Positions 51,560 to 63,343 of a stretch of DNA of 64,000 nucleotides are shown in pieces (position 1 is the first letter of the stretch; each line of letters opens with the position of its first letter). This stretch comes from Squalus acanthias (Eukaryota). Made by a program: the position numbers and the translations under genes. Below the pieces are notes generated by a model that saw only the letters and a program-made list of their open reading frames with translations, was not told where the DNA came from and did no database searches. Where the stretch lies: positions 141,796,001 to 141,860,000 of the forward strand of contig CM059432.1 in NCBI GenBank assembly GCA_030390025.1. The letters run 5' to 3'.

Positions 51560-53316
51560 TTATTCCGAGTCATCTGGTTCATCAGAAATATCCGTGCCAG
51601 CTGGGTCATCAGGATCACGCAGTTCCACCGATTCTTCAGGCACTTCCGCTGCTGCGACTCTTTTGGAAGCTTTCTTAAACATGTTGCGGATGTCGGTTTG
51701 CTTAGTGGACTCTTGCCTTTTCTGTAGAAAGGTGGAATGCAGAATATGGAGTTGCATAACTTCTTGTGCAGTGTAGCAATTCTGCCTTTCAGCAAATTTG
51801 AGGATTGTAGAAAATCCTTCTGCAGCTTTAGCCCAAGAAATCTTCTCTTCTTCAGAAATCTCATCCTCTTCACTTTCCATCTCGCTTTCCTTTTCTTTCT
51901 TTGGATTCAAAACATTCTGAATTATTTCATCATCACTTAGCATATGCACAACACCAACTTCTCTATCTGCATCAACCCACTGCTCGATATCACTTTCACT
52001 GAGGTGACGTAGAGGGTTTGCTGGGCCTGCATTTTTCACCATTCCAGCCATTTCCATTATTGTACTCTTCTTGGGACGAACACTGAACCCATGAAATTCC
52101 TCCTCTGAAGAAGAACCTTCAGCAAACATTACAGAAGGCCACAATTTGCGCCAGGCTTGCCTCAGAGTGTGACCTTTCACCAATTTCCAGGAACATGCAA
52201 CATTATAGATGGCATCTTTAATATTGTATTCCTTCTGCAAATCTTGAATATTCTCATCTTGGCTTAGCAGTTTACGTAGGAAGTCTTTCTTGTAATGACA
52301 CTTCAGATTTTGGATAACGCCCTGGTCCATGGGTTGGATGAGAGAAGTTACATTTGGTGGCAAATAAATGGTGAAAATATTTCCCGAAACCAACTGGGAT
52401 TCATGCGGATGGGCTCTGCAATTATCAAGCAATAAAATGCATTTGCTATCTTCAGGTTTCCCTATTCTGCGGAAATGTTCCTTCACAGATGGAACAAAAA
52501 TATGATGGAACCAATCGGAGAAGATTTCCTTATCCATCCAAGCATTTTTTGAGCTTTGTACTCAACAGGTAAGTGCCTCACATTTTTAAATGCACGGGGA
52601 TTTTTATACTTCCCGATAACAAGAAGTTTAACCCGGTGTGATCCAGCGGCGTTCGCACATGTTAGCACGGTTACACGATCTTTATTTTTCTTGTAACCTG
52701 AAGCATTAGCCTCACTAGCCCCAGCAAGCGTTGATTCTGGCAAAAACCTCCAAAACAAGCCAGTTTCATCGGCATTGTAGATCTGTGCTGGCGACAAATC
52801 ATGTTGCTGCACAATCCGATTGAAATAATTGCAGTATTCTTCTGCGGCTTCGTGATCAGCTGATTTCTTCTCCCCGGAAATATCGAGTCGTCGTATCCCG
52901 TGCCGTAACTTGAAGCACGTTAGCCATCCATCGGAGAAAGCACACTTGTCAGTGAGCTCCATCCTATCGTAGAATTCCTTCGCTTTCTCGATGAGCATGG
53001 GTCCGGAAATTGGAACACCCTCTGAACGCTTAAGAGAAAACCATTCATAAAGCACGGTATCCAGCTCTTCAAGCTTAGGCTTACGAAGCGTACGCCGTTT
53101 CTCTACACTCTTGCATGTCTCCGAGCTTGAATAAAACTTGAGCAGCTTATCCTTCTGCGATTTGATGTCGTAGATTGTTGACGAACCGATTTTGAATTCA
53201 TTCATAATGTTGATACGCTTCTCTCCCCTTTCTAGTCGTTGGCATATCTCGATTTTCTGTTTTAAAGTTAAGACCACTCTCTTCCTTTTGCTTGGACCAG
53301 CTTTTGGGAATTCCAT
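51560..53316 (-). CDS. Tigger/pogo transposase (CENP-B-like HTH + DDE_1), single -1 frameshift at ~52545
   Basis: [39 protein letters not shown], (QKNAWMD), [21 protein letters not shown]32D spacing. Confidence 0.92.
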
Positions 53317-53389
53317 AATGCAAGATGGAGGAGATAATTGCCGATGAAGATGGAAAGACACAGAACAATGGTGGCTAGGAAGAGACTAC

Positions 53390-53915
53390 CAGCAGCGTGG
53401 CAGACACACAGCAAAATGGTGGATCAGAAGAGACTACAGTACCAGCAGCGTGGCAGACACACAGCAAAATGGTGTATCAGAAGAGACTACAGTACCAGCA
53501 GCGTGGGAGACACACAGCAAAATGGTGGATCAGAAGAGACTACAGTACTAGCAGCGTGGCAGACACACAGCAAAATGGTGTATCAGAAGAGACTACAGTA
53601 CCAGCAGCGTGGGAGACACACAGCAAAATGGTGGATCAGAAGAGACTACAGTACCAGCAGCATGGGAGACACACAGCAAAATGGTGGATCAGAAGAGACT
53701 ACAGTACTAGCAGCGTGGCAGACACACAGCAAAATGGTGTATCAGAAGAGACTACAGTACCAGCAGCGTGGGAGACACACAGCAAAATGGTGGATCAGAA
53801 GAGACTACAGTACCAGCAGCGTGGCAGACACACAGTAAAATGGTGGATCAGAAGAGACTACCAGCATCGTGGGAGACACCCAGCAAAATGGCTGATCCGA
53901 AGAGACTCCAGGCAG
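53390..53915. repeat. 53-bp tandem repeat (~10 copies) inside the Tigger 5' region
   Basis: Unit CAGCAGCGTGGCAGACACACAGCAAAATGGTGGATCAGAAGAGACTACAGTAC with 53-bp periodicity. Confidence 0.95.
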
Positions 53916-54259
53916 CGCGGGAGAATCTACTCATGCTACTGCAATGTTTCGGACTTGCGACAGCGCCAGGAGGCAGAGTAGTGGCACTTTTGAAAAGTAC
54001 CCCTACTGACTAAATCGGCGTTCGCGGACTCGGACTCTGACTCGGGATCGGCAACATTGCCGGTTATTTGAGAGGAGTTTTCGGAGCACTCAGCGTTCGC
54101 GGAGACTCGACTGCGACTCGGCAACATTGCCGGTTATTTGAGAGGAGTTTTCGGAGGATGATTTTTGCCGGTTAAGCGAGAATTCCGGTTATTTGGGTGC
54201 CGGATAAACGAAAGTTTCCTGTATTAGGTTTAGCATAACTTCCCGGCTTTTGTACTCGA

Positions 54260-54926
54260 AGGGGGAAATTGTTACCTAAAAACCATGAGTGGGTTTGGGA
54301 GCGGGTGATGGGTAAAAGGGATGATCTCTGGCTCGAACCCGCTGACTTCCGCTTTTAACTGCAGCGCTTTCGGCTGTGTGCAAGAAACCCCCATGAGAGG
54401 CAGGTTGGCAATTGAAAGATGTTAAAAAGCAATTAGGAGCTGTTAAGAGGCAATTAGGAGCTGTTTTACCTGCAGATTTGAGCTTTAACTTTTGAGTGCA
54501 CAGGTTTCCCAGGCTTCCTGGAACTCGCCAGTGAAAGCAAGGCAAGACTAAATGACAGGGGAACAAGTCCCATAGGTACTCAGACCTCACACCTGCTTCC
54601 TTGCCTAAGTGAAAGGCTTTTGGAGAGGGTGCTTTCACTACCTTGCAGCTGATTTCCACTACTTTGGAGGTCATTCTGCTACCTTGGACTTTTGTGAATC
54701 TGATCTACGCTTTCCATCTGTCAAGCATCAGTTCAGCATGGGTGCCGCTTATGCAGCTTTACCTTGGACCTCAGGAGGAGGAGCAGCAACAGCAAGAGCA
54801 GGAGGAGAGGCACCAGCAGGAGCAGCAGCAGCCTTGGCCCCATCGACCTGCCACTCCACAGGAGAGAAGTGATGAGCATAGGGGTGCAGCTCGCAGGAGG
54901 CGATACCCCCAACACAAGGTATATAT
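54260..54926 (+). mobile_element. Probable Harbinger-like element left part, truncated by Penelope
   Basis: GGGGGAAATTG end with a GGGTTTGGGAGCGGG subterminal like the other elements; Q/E-rich stretch ending RRRRYPQHKVY resembles Harbinger nuclease N-termini. Confidence 0.5.
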
Positions 54927-57678
54927 AAAAATGAGAAGTCGCACAACACCAGGTTATAGTGCAACAGATTTATTTAAAATTACAAGCTTTCGGAGCTGTC
55001 GCCCCTTCCTCAGGTAGAGTTACTGTGAGACAATCTACCAGAATTCACAGAATATAAACACAGAGAAAATGCGATTCAATCGTTCCCTACATCAAAGACA
55101 CACTAAGAGCACAGCCAAGACAATGAGATGTGTCCCAGGGGGTCCAACGTGTCAAAATACCTGCTGGCTGCATATCCTCTCCATTTGGGTTTGTTTCTTG
55201 TGTTTGTTTCTTGTGTTTGTTTTTTTAAAAACTGGAAAGACAGACAACGATGTCAAGTCACGTTCTGTAGCGTGACATGAACCCGGTATCCCGATTGAGG
55301 CCGTCCTCATGAGTGCGGAACTTGGCTATCAGTTTCTGCTCGATGATTTTGCGTCGTCGTGTATCCCGAAGGCCGCCTTGGAGAACGCTAACCCGCAGAT
55401 CCGAGGCTGAATGCCCTTGACTGAAGTGTTCCCCGACTGGGAGGCAACAATCCTGCCTGGTGATTGTTGTGCGGTGTCCGTTCATACGTTGTCTCAGTGT
55501 CTGCATGGTCTCGCCGATGTACCATGCTCTGGGGCATCCTTTCCTGCAACGTATCAGGTAGACAACGTTGGCCGAGTCACATGAGTATGTACCATGTACC
55601 TGGTGGGTAGTGTCCTCACGTGTGATGACGGTATCTGTGTTCATGATCTGGCATGTCTTGCAGAGGTTGCCGCGGCAGGGTTGTGTGGTGTCGTGGTCGC
55701 TGTTCTCCTGACAGCTGGGTAATTTGCTGCGAACGATGGTACTTTTGAGGTTAGGCGGCTGCTTGAAGGCGAGTAGTGGAGGCGTGGGGATGGCCTTAGC
55801 AAGGTGTTCGTCGTCATCGATGACATGTTGAAGGCTGCGAAGAACATGGCGTAGTTTCTCCGCTCCGGGGAAGTACTGCACGACGTAGGGTACTCTGTTG
55901 GTTGTGTCCTGTGTTCGCCTTCTGAGGAGGTCTATGCGGTTTTTCGCTGTGGCCCGTCGGAACTGTCGATCGACGAGTCGAGCGTCATATCCCGTTCTTA
56001 CGAGGGCGTCTTTCAGTGTCCGTAGGTGTCCATCGCGTTCCTCCTCGTCTGAGCAGATCCTGTGTATTCGCAGGGCTTGTCCATAGGGGATGGCTTCTTT
56101 AACGTGGTTAGGGTGGAAGCTGGAGAAGTGGAGCATCGTGAGGTTGTCCGTGGGCTTGCGGTAGAGTGAAGTGCTGAGGCGTCCGTCTTTGATGGAGATT
56201 CGTGTGTCCAAGAATGAAACCGATTCTGAGGAGTAGTCCATGGTGAGTTTGATGGTGGGATGGAACCTGTTGATGCTATCGTGTAGTCCTTTCAGTGATC
56301 CTTCGCCTTGGGTCCAAAGGAAGAAGATGTCGTCGATGTATCTGGTGTACAGCGTTGGTTGGAGGTCCTGTGCAGCGAAGAAGACTTGCTCGAACTTGTG
56401 CATGAAGATGTTGGCATATTGGGGTGCGAATTTGGTCCCCATGGCTGTTTCGTGTGTTTGGGTAAAAAACTGGTTGTCGAAGGTGAAGACATTGTGGTCA
56501 AGGATGAAGCGGAAGAGTTGTAGGATGGCGTCTGGAGATTGGCTGTTGTTGGTGTTGAGTACTGAGGCTGTCGCAGCGATGCCGTCATCGTGCGGGATAT
56601 TGGTGTAGAGTACCTAAAAGTCCATCGTGGCGAGGAGTGTTCCTGGTTCAACTGGTCCATGGGTGCTGAGTTTCTGCAAGAAGTCTGTAGTGTCGCGACA
56701 GAAGCTGGGGGTTTCCCTGTACGATGGGTTTCAGGATGCCCTCGACATACCCAGAGAGGTTCTCACACAGGGTTCCATTGCCTGATACGATAGGACGTCC
56801 GGGTGTGTTGGCTTTGTGTATCTTTGGGAGGCAGTAAAAGTCTCCTACACGGGGAGTACGTGGGATGAGAGTGCGTAGGATGTTTTGAAGGTCTGGATCG
56901 AAGGTCTTGATCAGTCTATTGAGTTGGCGGGTGTGTTCTTTGGTCGGACCTGCGGGTAGCTGTCTGCAGTGTTCCTGGTTGTCCAGTTGTCGGTATGCTT
57001 CTTTGCAATAGTCCATTCTGTTCTGTATGACGATGGCTCCTCCTTTGTCCGCTGGTTTGATGACGATGTTGCGGTTGGGCTTGAGAGCGTGCATGGCGTT
57101 GCGTTGTGCTCGGGTGACATTCTGGACTGTCTTGTGAGTGCGGCTGATGAATCTGGCGTTGATGCATTTCCTGACAGCTTGAGCATACATGTCAAGGACA
57201 ACGCAAAATCATCGAGCAGAAACTGATAGCCAAGTTCCGCACTCATGAGGACGGCCTCAATAGGGATATCGGGTTCATGTCACGCTACAGAACGTGACTT
57301 GACATCGTTGTCTGTCTTTCCAGTTTTTAAAAAACAAACACAAAAAAAACAAACACAAAAAACAAACACAAAAAACAAAAAACACTGCAGACAACAGGAT
57401 TTGACACGTTGGACCCCCTGGGACACATCTCATTGTCTTGGCTGTGCTCTTGGTGTGTCTTTGATGTAAGGACACCTTCCCTGAAAGATTGTATCTCTGC
57501 AGTTTCTGTGTTTATATTCTGTGAACTTTTGTAGATTCACTCATTGTAACTCTACCTGAGGAAGGGGCGATAGCTCCAAAAGCTTGTAATTTTAAATAAA
57601 TCTGTTGGACTATAACCTGGTGTTGTGCGACTTCTCATTTTTGTCCACCCCAGTCCAACGCCGGCATCTCCGCATCAT
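54927..57678 (-). mobile_element. Penelope-like retroelement with an inverted pseudo-LTR (57197-57678)
   Basis: IKPADKGGAIV, LPKIHK..PGRPIVS, MGTKFAPQYANIFM, RYIDD, YRKPT and GIY-YIG (VVYLIRC...WYIGET) motifs, frameshifted upstream of 56442. 57197-57640 is an inverted copy of 54927-55358. Confidence 0.93.
54979..55019 (-). ncRNA. Minimal hammerhead ribozyme motif in the Penelope pLTR
   Basis: CTAC-CTGAGGA-A-GGGGC-GACA-GCTCC-GAAA-GCTT-GTA: CUGANGA and GAAA core boxes, 5-bp stem II, palindromic AAGCTT stem III. Confidence 0.7.
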
Positions 57679-58760
57679 AACTGTAGTAAGACATCCTTGC
57701 TCCTGTACTCAAATCCTCTTGCAATGAAGGCCAACATACCATTTGCCTTCCTAACTGCTTGCTGCACCTGCATGTTTGCTTTCAGTGACTGGTGTACAAG
57801 GACACCCAGGTTCCTTTGTACATCAACATTTCCCAATCTATCACCATTTAAATAATACTCTGCCTTTCTGTTTTTCTTACCGAAGTGGATAACTTCACAT
57901 TTATCCACGTTATGCTGCATCTGCCATGTATTTGCCCACTCACTCAACTTGTCTAAATCGCCTTGAAGCCTCTTTGCATCCTCCTCACAACTCACAATCC
58001 CACCTAGTTTTGGGTCGTCAGCAAACTTGGAAATATTACATTTGGTTCCCTCATCCAAATCATTGATATATATTGTGAATAGCTGGGGCCCAAGCACTGA
58101 ACCCTGCGGTACCCAACTAGTCACCGCCTGCCACCCTGAAAAAGACCCATTTATTCCTACTCTCTGTTTCCTGTCTGTTAACCAATTTTCAATCCATGCC
58201 AGTATATTACCCCCAATCCCATGTGCTGTAATTTTGCACACTAACCTCTTATGTGGGACTTTATCAAAGGCCTTCGTAAAATCCAAATACACCACATCCA
58301 CTGGTTCTCCCTTATCTATTCTACCAGTTACATCCTCAAAAAACTCCAGTAGGTTTGTCAAACACGATTTCCCTTTCATAAATCCATGTTGACTTTGTCT
58401 AATCCCGTTGATATTTTCTAAGTGTCCTGTTATCACATCCTTTATAATAGACTCGAGCATTTTCCCTACTACAGATGTTAGGCTAACCGGTCTGTAGTTC
58501 CCCGTTTTCTCTCTCCCTCCTTTTTTAAATAGTGGGGTGACATTTGCCACCCTCCAATCTGCAGGAACTGTTCCATAATCTATACAGTTTTGGAAGATGA
58601 CAACCAATGCATCCACTATTTCCATGGCTACCTCTTTTAGTACTCTGGGATGCAGATTATCAGGCCCTGGGGATTTATCAGCTTTCAGTCCCATTAATTT
58701 CTCCAGCACTATTTTTTATTTTAACTAATACTAATTTCCTTTAATTCCTCCTTCTCACTT
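57679..58760 (-). mobile_element. CR1 LINE RT fragment
   Basis: 344-codon open RT segment ([17 protein letters not shown]); the 3' end is missing at the Penelope junction. Confidence 0.92.
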
Positions 58761-58879
58761 CTTGTGGAATAGTCTATTGTATTATTTTTCAGTAGCATGC
58801 TGATTTAGTATCTTGCTCTAAGTTGCTGCTTCTATGTATAATTTAACCAGTCAATAAATCTGACCAAACAGTTTTTAGC

Positions 58880-59605
58880 CTGTATGTAGATTAGTGGAGT
58901 GGGACATTAAAATGTGAAGTACCCTGTAGTACATTTTGGGAAAAACAACAGAGAGAAATATACCTAAATGGCAAGATTCATAATGGAGTCATGGAGCAGA
59001 CATGAAGGGGCGCAGATACAAAAATCTCTAAGTGCTGCAGTACAGCTAAAAACATCCATAAAAAGGCAAATGGTGTTCTGAGTTTTATACATGTGGCACT
59101 GAATATAAAGTCAAGGCAGAAATGTTGTTTTTGTGTAAAACATTGGTTAGACCACAGCTGGAGTAGTGGATGCAGTCCTAGGAAGGATAGTAAAACAATT
59201 AAAGGATAGCATCATTCTAGTGAATCAAGGGATGATCAATGTCGTTATGAAGAAAGAAAAGAAGGTTAATGGGGATCTAATAAGAGGTTTTCAAAATTAT
59301 GAAAAGTTTTGAAAGGTTAAAAGATTGTTTCCACTAACTGGTGAGACTGAAGATTATCACTAGAATGAAGGGGAAATTTAGAAGAAATGTTTTCACACAT
59401 AGGGTTATTAGAACACCGAATGCTCTACTGGAAGCAGCTATTGAGGCAGAGACTGTAATAATTTAAAAAGGGAATTGGATAAGTATTTGAAAATGAAGAA
59501 TATAAAGGGTAAGGGCAGGGAAATAGGATTCGAGCCCAAGCTGAAAGCTGGCACAGGTACAATGGAATGATTCATCACCTCCTTTTGTGCTGTACTTTCT
59601 ATGAT
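58880..59605 (+). mobile_element. Old CR1 3' fragment
   Basis: Degenerate HFGKNN, LVRPQLE, FRRNVFTHRV motifs and tail. Confidence 0.65.
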
Positions 59606-59654
59606 TAGGTTAACTCTTTGGAAAATGTCGTTATTCTACAACTGATGCCACAGC

Positions 59655-59906
59655 AAGCTGACCAGCTCAGAGTCTTGGTGATTAAGCTGACCAGAAGCCC
59701 AGAGTCTTGGTGATTAAGCTGACCAGAAGCCCAGCGTCTTGGTGATTAAGCTGACCAGAAGCCCAGCGTCTTGGTGATTAAGCTGACCAGAAGCCCAGAG
59801 TCTTGGTGATTAAGCTGACCAGAAGCCCAGAGTCTTGGTGATTAAGCTGACCAGAAGCCCAGAGTCTTGGTGATTAAGCTGACCAGAAGCCCAGAGTCTT
59901 GGCGAT
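59655..59906. repeat. 32-bp tandem repeat AAGCTGACCAGAAGCCCAGAGTCTTGGTGATT, ~8 copies
   Basis: Directly visible, 32-bp period. Confidence 0.95.
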
Positions 59907-60067
59907 TGCCGAGTCGGCAAACAACTTACATCTCTCCAATGTTTTTACATACACTTCTCTCCCCAGTCCAAAAGTGTGTAAGATGGGCATGCAAACTTAA
60001 ATTGGAAACTTGGCAAACAAAAGTGAATCTCCCTCCAAAGATTTTCTCACCACCAAATCAGAAGTCA

Positions 60068-60345
60068 CAATCATAGAATGATACAGTACAGAAGGAGGCC
60101 ATTCGGCCCATTGTGCCTGTCCTGGCTCTTTGAAAGAGCTATCCAATTAGTCCCACTAACCCCCTGCCCTTTCCTCATAACACTGCAAATTTTTCCTTTT
60201 CAAGTACTTATCCCATTCCCTTTTGTAAGTTACTATTGAATCTGATTTCTCCGCACTTTCAGGCAGTGCGTTCCAGATCATCATAACTCGCTGGATAAAA
60301 AAAGTCTCCTCATCTCGCCTCTGGTTCTTTTGCCAATCACCTTAA
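60068..60345 (-). mobile_element. CR1 3' tail fragment
   Basis: Same tail as 41583 and 50708. Confidence 0.75.
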
Positions 60346-60451
60346 ATAGAACTCACTAGTTCAGTTATTCTTTGATTGCACATTTTAAAATATTAACTCA
60401 ATCTTGACTGGAACTCAAGTGACCTCACCATTGAGACCGATGTGTACTTAC

Positions 60452-61021
60452 CCCATGAAGTTAAATATTCGGCAGCATATCTGTAGATGCGATTCATGAT
60501 TTCAATAACTACACTGTAAACGACACTGGGGAAAAATAGCACGACACCGCTGAAGATTGACTGAACCTCTTGGTTATAGGCGATGGCCTGTTCCTCCATA
60601 TGAAAGTAGATCATCATAACAAAAAGGCAGGTGTAGAGGCTCATGCATACAAAGGGCAAGGAAACCAGGTAGATGCGCAACTGCCTCATGTAGGTAGGGT
60701 ATGTGGGCTCCTTTCTGCCCGTTGCTGGATTCAGTCCCAACTTCCCGTGAAAACCAGGCCGAGGTTCTTCAAACTCTCTCTTCATCATCAGCGTCCCCCA
60801 TTTATAGGAAAGTTTAGCGCAGCAACGCTTCCAGACTTCCAGAACAATGGTTGACCACAGGAGGTTGAAAGTGGCAAACACTATGTACTTGTCGTAATCT
60901 TCCCATGCAAATAGATAGTAAGGCACTCCAATTATAGCCATGGGAAACAAAGCAATAGTGAAGTACTCTAAAAAGGCAAAATAGAGTGCAATATTCTGTC
61001 CAAAGTATTTCTGGATTTCAT
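60452..61021 (-). CDS. ANO10: Anoctamin-10 (TMEM16K) internal coding exon, 570 bp
   Basis: Translates (D)[45 protein letters not shown]...[10 protein letters not shown]...[13 protein letters not shown]...[17 protein letters not shown], recognisably vertebrate ANO10. Polypyrimidine+TAG acceptor at 61022, GTAAGT donor at 60451. Confidence 0.97.
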
Positions 61022-61679
61022 CTACAAGAGAGAGAGAAAAAAATAGAATGACTAACCATTAAAAACAGACGATTCACAATTTTGAAATGTACTGATAGAA
61101 GCCAAGACTTATTTAAATTGGTGAACAAAATATCTGAGGTTCAGCCCCAGTACTGTGGATGTTCCCGCAGACACAATGGCCACCAACACACACATGCGCA
61201 ATTTCCTAAATATTTACTAGCAGATCTCTTGTGGTATTGCTCGTGGCCAGTCACTTGTTTTCTAACAAGGATGATGTGCCATGTAAATCAGAATGCATTA
61301 AAGGGTCACTGATTTACAGTGAGTAAGTCAAACTGTGCTCTTATTGCATGACATTCTCCAATCTTTAACTGGTATTCTGGGAATCAAATTACCCAACTTT
61401 TTCCATTCTTCTGTGACGCGCATCACAGAAATTTGCATATAGTTTTGTTTACGGTTAAGTATGAGGGACAGGAAGTGCAACTGATAGGTGGTGTGCACAA
61501 TAGCACGATTTGTAGATTATTTTATAGACACTAGCAGATCTCCCGTGGTGTTGCTCACTATTAGTTGAAGAATTTGCTGTTGTATAACCAGATTGTATGC
61601 CTTGCAATGCAGAATAAGTGAGATTACATCAGCTGTGACCAAAGGTAGGCAAATGCCGTAAAAGGGCATTTAATATGTA

Positions 61680-62050
61680 GGTTATACCCATCAGAAAAGA
61701 CTGAACAGGCTGGGGCTCTTTTCTGTGACTCAGAGGTGACCTGATAGAGGTCATTAAGGTTATGAAAGGGGTTTGATAGGGTAGACATGGGGGGGGGGGA
61801 GACCAAAACTAGGGGCCATAAATACAAGTTATTCACCAATAAATCCAATAAGGAATTCAGGAGGAACTTCTTTACCCAGAGTGTGGTGAGAATGTGGAAC
61901 TCGCTACCACAATGAGTAGTTGAGGGAAATAGCATCGATGCATTTAAGGGGAAGCTCGATAAGTGAGGAAGAAACAAATAGAAGGTTATGCTGATAGAGA
62001 TAAACAAAGTAGGGTGGGGGGAGGCTTGTGTGCAGCATAAACACCGGCAG
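61680..62050 (+). mobile_element. CR1 3' fragment
   Basis: FRRNFFTQSVVRMWNSLPQ motif. Confidence 0.75.
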
Positions 62051-62754
62051 TGTAATGAACTTACATCCAACCCCTGGCTGTGCTGGGAAACCAACATCAA
62101 AATGCCACCTGCCACCATTGGGCCTCTTGACTCGATGGACACCTCACCCACTTGCTTGCTGTGGGTCTCCTTGCCTACCAACCCTTCACCCACTGGCCAT
62201 TGTCACCCTACTGAGAATATGGCTCCTCAAGCTCCATCCAAGCACACGGCCGCTCTCCCCAACTGAGCTTCCAATACTGAGCCAGAAACAGACTCCAAGT
62301 TCTTTAATGAAAGGTGGGCGGGTGCATTACGCTCATCAGCCAACCGCTCCAAATAATGGGAAGAGGAAGGGCCTGAGGGGAAGCCAGGTTGTGTTTGCCT
62401 CAGTTCAAAAAAATGTCTTTTTATTTTAATTAAGCCTCTGTGAAGTGTCTTGGGATGTTTTACGATGTTAAAAAAGGCATTAAATAACTTTTCAGTGCTG
62501 TCGCCAACTGTTTGTTCTCTCCACCCGCCCACCTTTCATGAAAGAACTTCCTGCACTTTGGGGGTAATCGAGGACTTGTGCTGGCCACCAGCAGCCTCTC
62601 CCGAACATGCCCCTTCTCGCTCCCATCAGGTGCCATAGAACCTGGTTGTAAGCTGATTAAATTTGGCAGATACGGTTTTATTTTTTAAAAAGCAGCATGC
62701 GGTTTAATCAGCTGATTCACCTGCTGTGCTTTTTACATCTTCTTTCTGTTTTTA

Positions 62755-63012
62755 AGAACATAAGAAATAGGAGCAGGAGTAGGCCATTCGGCCCCTCGAG
62801 CCCGCTCCGCCATTCAGTAAGATCATGGCTGATCTTCGACCTCAACTTCACTTTCCCACTCTATCCCCAGATCCTCTTAGCGTCCAAAAATCTATCAATC
62901 TCAGTATTGTATATACTCAATGACTGAGGAGCCACTGCCCTCTGGTAGAGATTTCCAAAGATTCAAACATCTGAGTGAAGAAATTTCTCCTCATCTCAGT
63001 CCTAAATGGCCG
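62755..63012 (-). mobile_element. CR1 3' tail fragment
   Basis: AAGAACATAAGAAATAGGAGCAGGAGTAGGCCATTCGGCCC tail. Confidence 0.8.
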
Positions 63013-63343
63013 ACAAACAGCAACGTGATAATTACCAGACAATTTTTTTTTTTAATTATTATTTATTTTTTTTAAGTGCTGTTGATTGAGGGATAAATAT
63101 GGGCCAGGACACCAGGGATAACTCCCCTGCTTTTCTTCGAATTAGTGCCATGGGATCTTTTACGTCCACCCTTAAAAGGTTTAACATCTCATCCGAAACT
63201 CGGCACCTCCGACAGTGCAGCACTCCCTCAGCACTGCACTGGAGCGTCAGCCTAGATCTTTGTGCTCAAGTCTCTGGAGTGGGACTTGAACCCACAACCT
63301 TCTGACTCAGAGGCTGAGTGCTACTCACTGAGCCAAGGCCGAC
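63013..63343 (-). mobile_element. Deu-domain SINE
   Basis: Head TGGCTCAGTGAGTAGCAC...GGTTCAAGTCCC and Deu core. Confidence 0.85.

Larger units (their letters stand above)
51265..54221 (-). mobile_element. Tigger/pogo DNA transposon, full length (2957 bp)
   Basis: Perfect 24-bp TIR CAGGAAACTTTCGTTTATCCGGCA with TA target duplication on both sides. Confidence 0.96.

Noticed and set aside
53338..54013. Repetitive ORFs or CRISPR-like array in the Tigger
   Set aside because: A 53-bp tandem repeat without spacers; the ORFs are by-products.
59655..59906. 32-bp repeats as a possible CRISPR array
   Set aside because: Units are head-to-tail with no unique spacers, there are no cas genes, and the context is a eukaryotic intron.
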